This document shows, piece by piece, positions 1 through 9,242 of a DNA stretch of 64,000 nt; within the stretch, counting starts at the first letter, position 1; each line of letters begins with the position of its first letter. The stretch covers positions 3,483-67,482 of the forward strand of contig JAYQON010000001.1 of NCBI GenBank assembly GCA_038144835.1, in the 5' to 3' direction. Origin of the DNA: Bdellovibrionales bacterium. Lineage in GTDB: Bacteria > Bdellovibrionota > Bdellovibrionia > Bdellovibrionales > UBA1609. A program made the translations under genes and the position numbers. The notes under the pieces were generated by a model. It searched no databases. It saw nothing but the letters and a program-made list of their open reading frames with translations, and was not told where the DNA came from.

Positions 1-3000
1 CGAATTGATCTCTCAGCTCGTCTTCGATGCGATCAATGTCATCTGGGCTTTCAATATCAGAAAGCTGCTTATAGTAGGCAAGACGAACACGCAGGTCTGG
101 GATATAGTTATCCGGAATCAATGCCGGAATTCGAACGTTGATATCCGGTTCGACATCAGGCACATCGCTGCCATCTCCCTTAGCTGCACGGACAGCTTCC
201 TCAAGTAGTTCAAGATACATTTCGTAGCCAACGGCATTAACGTGACCGGCTTGTTCCTCGCCAAGAATATCCCCGGCACCTCTCAGCTCGAGATCGTATT
301 GTGCGATTCGGATGCCGGAGCCAAGCGCCGTGTTCTCTTGAATGATGCGTAGGCGCTCTTGTGCGTCTTTCTCGATTTTTCTTTGATTGGGAATAAGCAG
401 ATAACAATAAGCTCTTTCTTTGCTGCGCCCGACCCGCCCACGAAGCTGATAAAGTTGAGAAAGGCCCAAAGATTGGGCGTTATCAATAAACATGGTGTTG
501 GCGGAGGGAACATCCATGCCCGACTCAACAATTGTGGTGCACACAAGCATATCAATTTCGTGATGGAAAAATTCGATCATGCATTTTTCTAATTCGCCTT
601 CATCCATCTGGCCATGGGCTATCTTAAAACGTACCTCGGGCACAATTTCGCGTAACTGGTCCCCTAACTGGTAAATGCTCTGAACTCGGTTATGGATAAA
701 ATAGACTTGTCCGCCGCGAGAAACCTCACTCATGATTGCTTTGCGAATCGTTTCAGCTTCAAATTTGGTAACAAACGTGCGTGTGGCCAAACGATCCACT
801 GGCGCTGTGTTAATCAGGCTGAGATCACGTATACCTACTAGGCTTAAATTTAGGGTCCGTGGTATTGGTGTTGCGGACATTGCCAACGTGTCTAAATGTG
901 TTCTCAGTTTGCGTAGTTTCTCCTTGTGTTTGACTCCAAAGCGCTGTTCTTCGTCGATAATTAGAAGTCCAAGATCTTTGAAGTGTACGTCTTGGCTCAG
1001 TAAACGGTGCGTGCCTAAAACTATATCGACCTTGCCATCTTTGACATCCTTGAGTGTTTGAGTGATCTCTTTTTTGGGCACAAAGCGATTGAGCGAGCGT
1101 ATAACTACCGGCCATTTAGAAAAGCGTTTTTTAAAATTTTCTAAGTGTTGAAAAGTTAAAACTGTCGTTGGTGCGATTACAGCGACTTGCTTTTTATTTT
1201 GCACGGCAAAAAACGCGGCTCGCATGGCCACCTCGGTTTTACCGTAGCCAACATCTCCACAGATGAGTCGATCCATAGGATTTGGCTTTTGTAAGTCGTT
1301 GAGTACGTCGTGAATCGCGCGTAGCTGATCGTCAGTCTCTTGGTACGGAAACATAGCTTCAAATGATAGAAAATCTTCATCTGGCGCTCTGAGGGGAGGC
1401 CGCTCAGCCACACTGCGTTTGGCATAAATTTCTAGAAGTTCGGCCGCAACGTCTCGAAGGTGCGAGCGGACCTTTGATTTTGTTTTGTCCCAACCAGATC
1501 CGCCAAGCTTGTCTACTAGCGTGGCCGAAGTAGGGCCTGAATACTTTTGAATCTGGTGGACGCGGTAAACTGGAAGATAAAGACGGTCATTATCCTTATA
1601 TTTGAGTTGAATAAACTCTGCGGCCAAACCTTGTATGGGCATGACCTTGAGACCTTCGTAGACACCAATTCCATGTAGCTTATGGACAACAAGATCTCCC
1701 GGCTTTAAATCAGCGAAATTGAAGGCGTGAGCGCGCCTTTCAAGAGATCCTGAGGACTTATAGGTTCCCCGGGCTCGCTTGTTGCCAAAGAGATCTTCTT
1801 CGCGCAAGAGAATGATCTGCTCTTCGGAGTAGCGCAAAGTCTCCCCAAGAGGACGTTCAATGATGTGGATGAGATTTGCGTCTTGTTCCTGCTCGCTCAG
1901 CCAGGTGTCCCAGTTGAAGTGCCCCTCCTCTATCAAGCGCGATTTGATTTCCGATTTTTCTAAAAGTAAGTGAAGGCGTTGAGCTTGAGCCTGAGTCGTT
2001 ACTGAAATGAATATGCGATAACCTAGAGACTTCCATTCATGAAATTTTTTATTTATGAAGGCACTCAACTCATTGGCACTCGTATTGAGTGATTTTGTTG
2101 CATTTGCGACTTCTCGCATGTCCGAAGTGGACAGCGGTAAAAGAGCATGGGCTTGGTCCCCGGTCTCGTCGCCAAGACGAACTTTGGTGAGAGTTATAGT
2201 TTGTGATTCAAACGGGTATTGCAAGTTATCGACAGATCCATAGACCTCATGCAGCTGAGGGCGAATGATTTGTGTTTGTGCCAGCTCGAAGTCATTTTTA
2301 TTTTCGGCAATTAATCGGTCGTAGGCACGTGTGATTTCAAATGGGTCTACACGCCATATATTTAAGGCTGAATTGAAGTGATCCAGTGGTGACGCCGGAA
2401 CTTCGTAAAAATAAGAAGTTAAAAATTCAATTCCGTGAAAGTACTGTCCTTGAGCCAATTGATGCAGCAGGACCTGTGATTCCTCGCGGTCGACGGGGCG
2501 TTGTTGAAAAGAAGCTTTAAAACGGCTAGCGGCCTTCTGTCGATTCTCGTCGGTAAAGAGAATTTCCTGCGCCGGAATAATCTCGAGTTCAGTGGTCTCA
2601 TTGAGACGCCTTTGGCTGTCAGCGTCAAAAAACCGTAGACTTTCAATGATGTCACCAAAGAGTTCTAAGCGAATTGGATTTTTATGGGCTGGAGAGAAAA
2701 CGTCGACAATTCCGCCGCGGATCGCAAACGTACCTATGTCCTCAACGATAGGTACATTAAGGTAACCTAGTTTCTCCAACAATGATGCGAAACAATCTGG
2801 CAGCGCATCATTTGGTCTTAGCGTCACAACCTTCTTGGACAGTGCTTGGTAAGGCAAGGTGCGTTGAACGAGTGCCTCTACGGGCGCTATAAAAATATCA
2901 CCAGGGACTGCATTTTGGGCTCGCCATAGCCAATGTAAGCGCTGGCAAAGAACGCGACGGTTTGGGTAAAGGCCCGAATAAACTCCAACGTCAAAACCTG

Positions 3001-3241
3001 GTAGCATCCAGGCCCGGGCTTCTGGTGATAGAAAATTTAAAGAGGTTTGAAGTTTTTCCCCAATTTTTGCGTCGGGCACCAGCACTAGGTGCGGCCGCTC
3101 ATTGAGCGCTACTTTTGGCAGAGTCAAAAGGCCGGCAAGAAGCGTCGTCGAATCGCTTCCAACAATTTCCATCTGCGCTTCCCGATTGCGGAAAAAGCGA
3201 TCCAGAGTGTTTTCTACTTTCAATGGTAAATGTTCGAACAT
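1..3241 (-). CDS. mfd: Transcription-repair coupling factor Mfd (3' end of gene lies outside the window)
   Basis: The ORF track lists no ORF because the frame runs off the left edge. My minus-strand translation from ATG 3241 stays open to position 1 (MFEHLPLKVENTLDRFF...). It contains helicase motifs GDVGYGKTEVAMRAAF, LLIIDEEQRFGV, AMSATPIPRTL and YQLRGRVGRS. Confidence 0.9.
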   Translation of the reverse strand, partial: MFEHLPLKVENTLDRFFRNREAQMEIVGSDSTTLLAGLLTLPKVALNERPHLVLVPDAKIGEKLQTSLNFLSPEARAWMLPGFDVGVYSGLYPNRRVLCQRLHWLWRAQNAVPGDIFIAPVEALVQRTLPYQALSKKVVTLRPNDALPDCFASLLEKLGYLNVPIVEDIGTFAIRGGIVDVFSPAHKNPIRLELFGDIIESLRFFDADSQRRLNETTELEIIPAQEILFTDENRQKAASRFKASFQQRPVDREESQVLLHQLAQGQYFHGIEFLTSYFYEVPASPLDHFNSALNIWRVDPFEITRAYDRLIAENKNDFELAQTQIIRPQLHEVYGSVDNLQYPFESQTITLTKVRLGDETGDQAHALLPLSTSDMREVANATKSLNTSANELSAFINKKFHEWKSLGYRIFISVTTQAQAQRLHLLLEKSEIKSRLIEEGHFNWDTWLSEQEQDANLIHIIERPLGETLRYSEEQIILLREEDLFGNKRARGTYKSSGSLERRAHAFNFADLKPGDLVVHKLHGIGVYEGLKVMPIQGLAAEFIQLKYKDNDRLYLPVYRVHQIQKYSGPTSATLVDKLGGSGWDKTKSKVRSHLRDVAAELLEIYAKRSVAERPPLRAPDEDFLSFEAMFPYQETDDQLRAIHDVLNDLQKPNPMDRLICGDVGYGKTEVAMRAAFFAVQNKKQVAVIAPTTVLTFQHLENFKKRFSKWPVVIRSLNRFVPKKEITQTLKDVKDGKVDIVLGTHRLLSQDVHFKDLGLLIIDEEQRFGVKHKEKLRKLRTHLDTLAMSATPIPRTLNLSLVGIRDLSLINTAPVDRLATRTFVTKFEAETIRKAIMSEVSRGGQVYFIHNRVQSIYQLGDQLREIVPEVRFKIAHGQMDEGELEKCMIEFFHHEIDMLVCTTIVESGMDVPSANTMFIDNAQSLGLSQLYQLRGRVGRSKERAYCYLLIPNQRKIEKDAQERLRIIQENTALGSGIRIAQYDLELRGAGDILGEEQAGHVNAVGYEMYLELLEEAVRAAKGDGSDVPDVEPDINVRIPALIPDNYIPDLRVRLAYYKQLSDIESPDDIDRIEDELRDQF

Positions 3242-3265
3242 AACCCGCCGCGCCACTCTTGGTGA

Positions 3266-3294
3266 TTGGCTTTAAAACAAGGGCCAATTATAAC
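3266..3294 (+). promoter_or_regulatory. Candidate sigma70-type promoter for the nuo operon (TTGGCT, 17 nt spacer, TATAAC)
   Basis: Hexamers read directly from the sequence in the 102-nt mfd/nuoA divergent spacer. A GGAG Shine-Dalgarno lies about 8 nt before the nuoA ATG. Confidence 0.3.
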
Positions 3295-3343
3295 CAGATT
3301 CAGTCAACTTTAAACTGCTCTGCATCCTAGCCGTGGAGTCTCA

Positions 3344-3715
3344 ATGTCGCAACTACTGCCCGTGCTGGCTCTCGCCGTTTTTGTGATTGTTTTTGGTTCT
3401 GTGTTAATTTGGTTCTCAAACCTTATCGCGGAGCGGGCTAAACCTGATGCTGTGAAAGGTGAGACCTATGAGTGCGGCTTGCCAGCCGATTATTCTGGTC
3501 CTACGAAAATACCCATTAAGTTTTACCTGACCGCCATTCTGTTTATTTTGTTCGATATCGAAATCATCTTTATGTACCCGTGGGCCCTGACGTACGGGGA
3601 CTTCATTGCCGAAGGTTATGGTCTTTATATTTTTGCAGCTATGTTCTTTTTTCTGTCGGTCTTTATTTTTGGACTGTTCTGGGAATTGAAATCCAAAGCT
3701 TTAGAGTGGGAATAA
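3344..3715 (+). CDS. nuoA: NADH-quinone oxidoreductase subunit A
   Basis: 123 aa with 3 TM segments. Carries the ETYECG and FDIEIIFMYPWA signatures typical of NuoA/ND3. Confidence 0.9.
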   Translation: MSQLLPVLALAVFVIVFGSVLIWFSNLIAERAKPDAVKGETYECGLPADYSGPTKIPIKFYLTAILFILFDIEIIFMYPWALTYGDFIAEGYGLYIFAAMFFFLSVFIFGLFWELKSKALEWE

Positions 3716-3728
3716 GCAAGGGACATCA

Positions 3729-4913
3729 ATGGGTTCTGACATATTCGAAATCAGTGTTAATTTTGTTAAGCTCATCGCCATTTTTCTATTGATGGTGCAG
3801 ATTGTGCCACTGCTGGTTTGGGTTGAGAGGCGTGGTTCAGCCTATATTCAAAATCGATTTGGCCCCAATCGGGTTGGGCCTTTGGGACTTACCCAGTTGT
3901 TAGCTGATGCTGTGAAATTTCTCACTAAAGAGGCTTTCGTTCCAAGTCGCGGTTACCCGTTTATCTATTATATCGCACCTATTGTTGCCATGATTCCAGC
4001 CGCGCTGGCCTTAGCTGCCATTCCGCTCTCCATGCCCATTAAGATTGAGCCCTTCCAGTGGCTGGGAGAAACATGGGGACCTTATACGTTTCTCTTTCAG
4101 GGCTATAATTTTGGAATAGGAATTGTTTTTGTTTTAGGGGTTTCATCGCTGGCAGCTTACGCACTTTTGCTGGCAGGCTATGGAAGCAATAACAAATACT
4201 CTTTATACGGAGCGCTCAGAGCTAGTGCCCAGACGATTTCTTATGAGCTTGCCATGGGCCTCTCGATTGTAGGTGTAATTCTTCTATTTAATAGTTTTGA
4301 TTTTTTGGAAATCATTAAGGGCCAAGAAGCGCCGCTACATTTTATGTTTTTGGGTCGAAAAATCGAGCTCTCTGCTTGGCTGCCGAACTGGGGCATTTTC
4401 TATCAACCACTGGGAGCTGTATTGCTTTTTGCGGCCATGTTTGCGGAGGCCAATCGTTTGCCATTTGACTTGCCTGAAGCTGAAGGAGAGCTGGTTGCTG
4501 GTTATCATACCGAATATTCAGGCTTTAAGTTTAACATGTTTTTTATTGGTGAATATGGCCACATGTTTGTTGCCTCAGCTTTGATGGTTACTTTTTATTT
4601 TGGTGGCTATTCCCTTTATCCATTTTTGACCTCTGAAAATGCGTCTCAAGTTGTACAGCCTGTAGCTCAACTTTTAGGCTTTAACTCAACAAATGCCTAT
4701 AATGTTATGGGAGCCTTGTTGCTGCATCTCGTGTTTATGGCCAAAGTAGTTTTATTTTTGTGGATCTTCATTTGGGTGCGTTGGACTTTGCCTAGATTTC
4801 GCTACGACCAGCTGATGGATTTGGGTTGGCGAACGATGTTGCCTTGGGCTCTTTTTAATACCTGTTTGACGGCTGTTGTGATCTTGATCATGCGCCATCC
4901 TTGGGGATCTTAG
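3729..4913 (+). CDS. nuoH: NADH-quinone oxidoreductase subunit H
   Basis: Polytopic protein with WVERRGSAYIQNRFGPNRVGPLGLTQLLADAVKF and EAEGELVAGYHTEYSG motifs of NuoH/ND1. Starts 13 nt after the nuoA stop. Confidence 0.9.
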   Translation: MGSDIFEISVNFVKLIAIFLLMVQIVPLLVWVERRGSAYIQNRFGPNRVGPLGLTQLLADAVKFLTKEAFVPSRGYPFIYYIAPIVAMIPAALALAAIPLSMPIKIEPFQWLGETWGPYTFLFQGYNFGIGIVFVLGVSSLAAYALLLAGYGSNNKYSLYGALRASAQTISYELAMGLSIVGVILLFNSFDFLEIIKGQEAPLHFMFLGRKIELSAWLPNWGIFYQPLGAVLLFAAMFAEANRLPFDLPEAEGELVAGYHTEYSGFKFNMFFIGEYGHMFVASALMVTFYFGGYSLYPFLTSENASQVVQPVAQLLGFNSTNAYNVMGALLLHLVFMAKVVLFLWIFIWVRWTLPRFRYDQLMDLGWRTMLPWALFNTCLTAVVILIMRHPWGS

Positions 4914-4914
4914 T

Positions 4915-5442
4915 ATGTTGTGGGAAGCTATCGGTTTTTACTCTCTTGCGCTTTTTCTTATTTTTTTCGCGTGTCAGACGCTAATGGCCACCAATCCTAT
5001 TCATTCGGCACTCTATTTAGTGCTGACCATGATTGGCTTGGCGGGAGTATTTTTTAATCTTGGGGCGCACTTTATCGCCGGCGTGCAGATGATTGTGTAC
5101 GCTGGTGCGGTCATGGTTCTTTTTGTTATGGTCCTGATGTTGTTCGACCTCAAAGCTGAAGTGAGAGCCTTTTCAAGGGGTCTCATATCCGGAGGCCTTA
5201 AGGTAACAGCAGCGGCCTTTCTTTTGGGAATCACTATCGGCTCCATCAGGCACAGCCAGTTGGCTGCGGTAGATCAACCGGCAGAGGCATTGCCAATCAG
5301 AGATTTTACCCGAGAATTGGGCGTTTTACTGTACACGAAATATCTTTTCGCATTCGAAGCTCTCGGCGTCTTGCTGCTTGTGGTTGCCGTTGGAGTTGTG
5401 GCGGTTTCGCGCATGAAAGGAGGAACTCATGCCAAGCACTGA
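4915..5442 (+). CDS. nuoJ: NADH-quinone oxidoreductase subunit J
   Basis: NPIHSALYLVL...QMIVYAGAVMVLFVMVLML pattern of NuoJ/ND6. Starts 1 nt after the nuoH stop. Confidence 0.85.
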   Translation: MLWEAIGFYSLALFLIFFACQTLMATNPIHSALYLVLTMIGLAGVFFNLGAHFIAGVQMIVYAGAVMVLFVMVLMLFDLKAEVRAFSRGLISGGLKVTAAAFLLGITIGSIRHSQLAAVDQPAEALPIRDFTRELGVLLYTKYLFAFEALGVLLLVVAVGVVAVSRMKGGTHAKH

Positions 5443-5767
5443 TCAGCTTCTTCACGGCCTTCTTGATATTGGGACGGGTCATTACCTGGCTCTGTCGGGA
5501 GTTATTTTTTCTCTGGGGATGCTTGCTGTATTGATGCGACGAAACGTGATCGTCATGTTGATGGGTGTAGAGTTGATGCTAAATGCTGTAAACCTGTCCT
5601 TCATTGCTTTTTCTCGTGAAGGTGGCAACCTCAGTGGCCACATAATGGTATTTTTTGTGATGACAATTGCCGCAGCAGAGGCGGGCGTGGGTTTGGCCCT
5701 TGCTGTAGCCATTTACAAGAAATTTCACGAAGTCAATATACGCTTCTTTGAACATCTTCGAGGCTGA
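5429..5767 (+). CDS. nuoK: NADH-quinone oxidoreductase subunit K
   Basis: 112 aa with 3 TM segments. GVELMLNAVNLSFIAF and AAAEAGVGLA motifs of NuoK/ND4L. Overlaps the nuoJ 3' end. Confidence 0.85.
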   Translation: MPSTDQLLHGLLDIGTGHYLALSGVIFSLGMLAVLMRRNVIVMLMGVELMLNAVNLSFIAFSREGGNLSGHIMVFFVMTIAAAEAGVGLALAVAIYKKFHEVNIRFFEHLRG

Positions 5768-5769
5768 TC

Positions 5770-7704
5770 ATGAACCATGCTTTGCTGATCTTTACCTTGC
5801 TTCTCGCGCCGCTTATCGGATTTGCGATTAACGGCTTACGATTTCGCTCGCAGAACTACATCCTGGCTGGATCAATAGCTACGGGTGCCGCTGCGATTTC
5901 TTTTCTGTGCTCCCTTCTACTTTTTAACCAGTTACTGGGACTGCCCGCTGATGAGAGAGTTTTAGCGACACGATTTTTTGACTGGATAACGGTGGGGCAG
6001 ATGAAAGTGCCTTTTGGCTTTGTCGTCGACCAAATCAGTGTCGTCATGATCCTGATAATCACTGGAGTCGGAAGCCTGATTCATTTGTTTAGCGTTGGGT
6101 ATATGTCGCACGACGAGCGCCCCGCGAAATACTTCGCCTACCTGAACTTGTTTTTGTTCAATATGCTTTTGCTGGTTCTCGGCGATAATCTTTTGATCAC
6201 ATTTGTAGGCTGGGAAGGTGTTGGTCTGTGTTCCTATCTGCTAATTGGATTTTGGTTTTCAGACCCAGCTAAGGCTGCAGCTGGAATGAAGGCCTTTGTC
6301 ACTAACCGTATTGGTGATGCAGGTTTTTTGATAGGCATCTTCATTTTGTTTTTCACCTTTGGAACCGTCAATTTCTTTGATCTCTCTGCAATGATGCCAG
6401 ACCTGGCGGAGACATCATGGACGGCTCCTGTAACCTTGGCCTGTCTGTTCTTATTTGTGGGAGCTACGGGAAAGTCGGCGCAGATTCCACTTTATGTGTG
6501 GTTGCCCGATGCGATGGCTGGTCCCACGCCGGTTTCAGCTTTGATTCATGCGGCGACGATGGTTACGGCAGGTGTTTACTTGTTCGTCCGCATGAGTTCC
6601 GTCTTGGTTGTGGCTCCTCTCGCAATGGAAGTGATTGCTTGGACGGGGGCACTAACAGCATTGATTGCCGCAACGATTGGTATGACTCAATGGGATATCA
6701 AAAAGGTGTTAGCTTATTCCACGGTCTCACAATTGGGATACATGTTTCTTGCCGTGGGTGTTGGCGCCTTTTCGGCGGCACAATTTCATTTGATGACTCA
6801 CGCCTTCTTTAAAGCTCTGATGTTTCTCGGCTCTGGATCTGTGATTCATGCCATGCACGAAGAGCAAGATATTCGCAAAATGGGCGGTTTGCGCAAGTAT
6901 ATGCCTATTACATATCTGACGTTCCTTATGGGTTGGTTGGCAATCATCGGAGTTCCTCCATTTGCCGGCTTTTTCAGTAAAGATGAGATTTTATGGCAGG
7001 CCTTTTCCAGCCCTCATGGGGGCAAGGTGTTGTGGTTCATTGGTGCTGTGACTGCCGTGTGCACAGCCTTTTACATGACTCGTTTAATGGCCTTAACCTT
7101 TTGGGGTAAGAGTCGTTTTGGACATGATGTGCATCCGCACGAGTCACCCGTTTCTATGACGGCTCCTTTGATGATCTTGGGAGTTTTGTCCGTGGTAGGC
7201 GGTTGGATTGGTATTCCGCATATCATTGGAGAAGTTCTTCCTGGACACCCTGGAAATGTATTTCACCATTGGTTAGAGCCTGTGATTGCGAAGGTTGAAG
7301 CTGGTCATGCAAGCGCTGCTTTGGAGTGGACTTTGATGGGCGTATCTGTACTTTTAGCTGCAGTCGCCGCGTGGTTTGCTTACGACAGCTATGTAATCAA
7401 TCGTGAACGTCCAGCCAACTTTGCAAAGCGTATTGCGCCACTATATCTGGCAGTCAGCAACAAGTACTATGTAGACGAGTTTTACTTTGGGCGGATCATC
7501 AATCCACTGGTGGATGTTGCAAAAGGTTTATGGCTCTATATTGATGTTAACGTTATAGACCGTGCGACTTATGTTGCTGGCGATCTGGTTTCCGGTCTGG
7601 CTGCATTCGTGAAGACGATTCAAAGCGGAAAAACCCAGAGCTATGCCCTGTACATGACTCTCGGGGTGGTTGTGATCGTTACCATCGTGTTGCTGAGAGG
7701 TTGA
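5770..7704 (+). CDS. nuoL: NADH-quinone oxidoreductase subunit L
   Basis: 644 aa Mrp-antiporter-like subunit. Motifs WEGVGLCSYLLIGFW, PLYVWLPDAMAGPTPVSALIHAATMV and a C-terminal extension consistent with the lateral helix. Confidence 0.9.
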   Translation: MNHALLIFTLLLAPLIGFAINGLRFRSQNYILAGSIATGAAAISFLCSLLLFNQLLGLPADERVLATRFFDWITVGQMKVPFGFVVDQISVVMILIITGVGSLIHLFSVGYMSHDERPAKYFAYLNLFLFNMLLLVLGDNLLITFVGWEGVGLCSYLLIGFWFSDPAKAAAGMKAFVTNRIGDAGFLIGIFILFFTFGTVNFFDLSAMMPDLAETSWTAPVTLACLFLFVGATGKSAQIPLYVWLPDAMAGPTPVSALIHAATMVTAGVYLFVRMSSVLVVAPLAMEVIAWTGALTALIAATIGMTQWDIKKVLAYSTVSQLGYMFLAVGVGAFSAAQFHLMTHAFFKALMFLGSGSVIHAMHEEQDIRKMGGLRKYMPITYLTFLMGWLAIIGVPPFAGFFSKDEILWQAFSSPHGGKVLWFIGAVTAVCTAFYMTRLMALTFWGKSRFGHDVHPHESPVSMTAPLMILGVLSVVGGWIGIPHIIGEVLPGHPGNVFHHWLEPVIAKVEAGHASAALEWTLMGVSVLLAAVAAWFAYDSYVINRERPANFAKRIAPLYLAVSNKYYVDEFYFGRIINPLVDVAKGLWLYIDVNVIDRATYVAGDLVSGLAAFVKTIQSGKTQSYALYMTLGVVVIVTIVLLRG

Positions 7705-7705
7705 G

Positions 7706-9235
7706 ATGTTGTTAACCACATTGATTTTTTTGCCCTTACTTTTTGCAGTGATTGTCGCATTTCTACCTCAGGAGCGACTCATACGGCCAGTCTCGCTTGG
7801 TTTAGGCTTACTGCATTTCGCCCTAAGTTTAACCTTGTTTTGGCAGTATGATCCGAGCCAAGCTTCGCTACAATTAGTCCACCAAGTAGATTGGATTCCA
7901 ACATTTGGCATAAGCTATTTTGTGGGAATTGATGGAATTTCTTTTTGGTTGGTGATTTTGTCTACCTTCCTTACTCCCCTCGTGATTTTGGCAAGTTGGA
8001 CATCAATTGCCGAGCGGATTCGATCCTTTCATGTTTGTTTATTTTTACTCTTATCAAGCATGGTTGGAACGTTTCTGGCTATGGATGCGATTCTTTTTTA
8101 TGTCTTTTTTGAAGCCTCACTTATCCCCATGTATTTCATGGTAGGAATCTGGGGCGGGACTCGCCGTCTTTATGCTGCGATGAAGTTTTTCATCTACACG
8201 ATGGCCGGATCATTATTCATGTTAGTAGCTATCATTGCGCTGATGTTTATGACCCAGCAGCAGCTTGAATTTAGTGGAACTCAAGTTATGAGCGCCAGCC
8301 TTTTAGATTTTTATCGTTTGCAAATTCCGTTTGTCGCGAATGATTGGCTGAATACTCAAACATTGTTGTTTTTTGCTTTTGCACTTGCCTTCGCCATTAA
8401 GGTTCCAATGTTTCCAGTACACACGTGGTTGCCTGATGCCCACGTGGAAGCGCCCACTCCGGGATCAGTGATCTTAGCGGCTGTGATGCTCAAAATGGGG
8501 ACTTACGGATTTATTCGCTTTGTAATGCCAGTCTTTCCTGAAGCTTCTGACCATTGGGCTTGGTTCTTTATGCTTTTGGGCGTTATTGGCATAATCTACG
8601 GCGCGCTCGTTGCAATGGTTCAGCCAGATATTAAAAAGTTGGTTGCGTATTCCTCAGTCTCTCACATGGGCTATGTAATGATCGGCCTCTTTGCCCTGAA
8701 TATTTATGGGGCAACAGGTGGTCTTTATCAAATGTTGAACCATGGTGTGAGCACAGGAGCTTTGTTTTTACTGGTTGGGATGATTTATGAGCGCACACAT
8801 TCGCGGCAAATCTCCGATTACGGAGGCCTAGCAAAGGTCGCTCCTATATTTACCATATTATTTTTAATTGTTACTTTTTCCTCCATCGCGGTACCTCTCA
8901 CGAACGGTTTTGTAGGTGAATTTTTGATTCTCTTAGGCGCTTATGAGGCTCAGCCAGTTTTGGCTGGATTTGCGGTTTTGGGTGTCATTCTGGGTGCTGT
9001 TTATATGTTGTGGGCTGTGAAGCGCGTGTTTTTTGGAGAGCCGAGTGCCATGGTTAGGGACCATGACCCTGAACACATGGATCTTAATTTGCGTGAAATG
9101 ATTGTGATGGCTCCGTTGATTATTTTGATATTTTGGATGGGTGTATTTCCTTCAGACTTTTTGAACTGGTCAAAAGCCAGTTTGGATCACCTGATACAAA
9201 ACCGGTCAAATTACGAATTGAATCTGGAAGAGTAG
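7706..9235 (+). CDS. nuoM: NADH-quinone oxidoreductase subunit M
   Basis: 509 aa with PVHTWLPDAHVEAPTPGSVILAAVMLKMG and KKLVAYSSVSHMG motifs of NuoM/ND4. Confidence 0.9.
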   Translation: MLLTTLIFLPLLFAVIVAFLPQERLIRPVSLGLGLLHFALSLTLFWQYDPSQASLQLVHQVDWIPTFGISYFVGIDGISFWLVILSTFLTPLVILASWTSIAERIRSFHVCLFLLLSSMVGTFLAMDAILFYVFFEASLIPMYFMVGIWGGTRRLYAAMKFFIYTMAGSLFMLVAIIALMFMTQQQLEFSGTQVMSASLLDFYRLQIPFVANDWLNTQTLLFFAFALAFAIKVPMFPVHTWLPDAHVEAPTPGSVILAAVMLKMGTYGFIRFVMPVFPEASDHWAWFFMLLGVIGIIYGALVAMVQPDIKKLVAYSSVSHMGYVMIGLFALNIYGATGGLYQMLNHGVSTGALFLLVGMIYERTHSRQISDYGGLAKVAPIFTILFLIVTFSSIAVPLTNGFVGEFLILLGAYEAQPVLAGFAVLGVILGAVYMLWAVKRVFFGEPSAMVRDHDPEHMDLNLREMIVMAPLIILIFWMGVFPSDFLNWSKASLDHLIQNRSNYELNLEE

Positions 9236-9242
9236 GCACAAT

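Noticed and set aside
1-3287. The ORF track shows only short ORFs across the first 3.2 kb, which could suggest a non-coding region, a pseudogene or a degraded element.
   Set aside because: Manual minus-strand translation from ATG 3241 gives an uninterrupted Mfd sequence down to position 1. The ORF is not listed only because its stop lies outside the window. The listed short ORFs are shadow frames.
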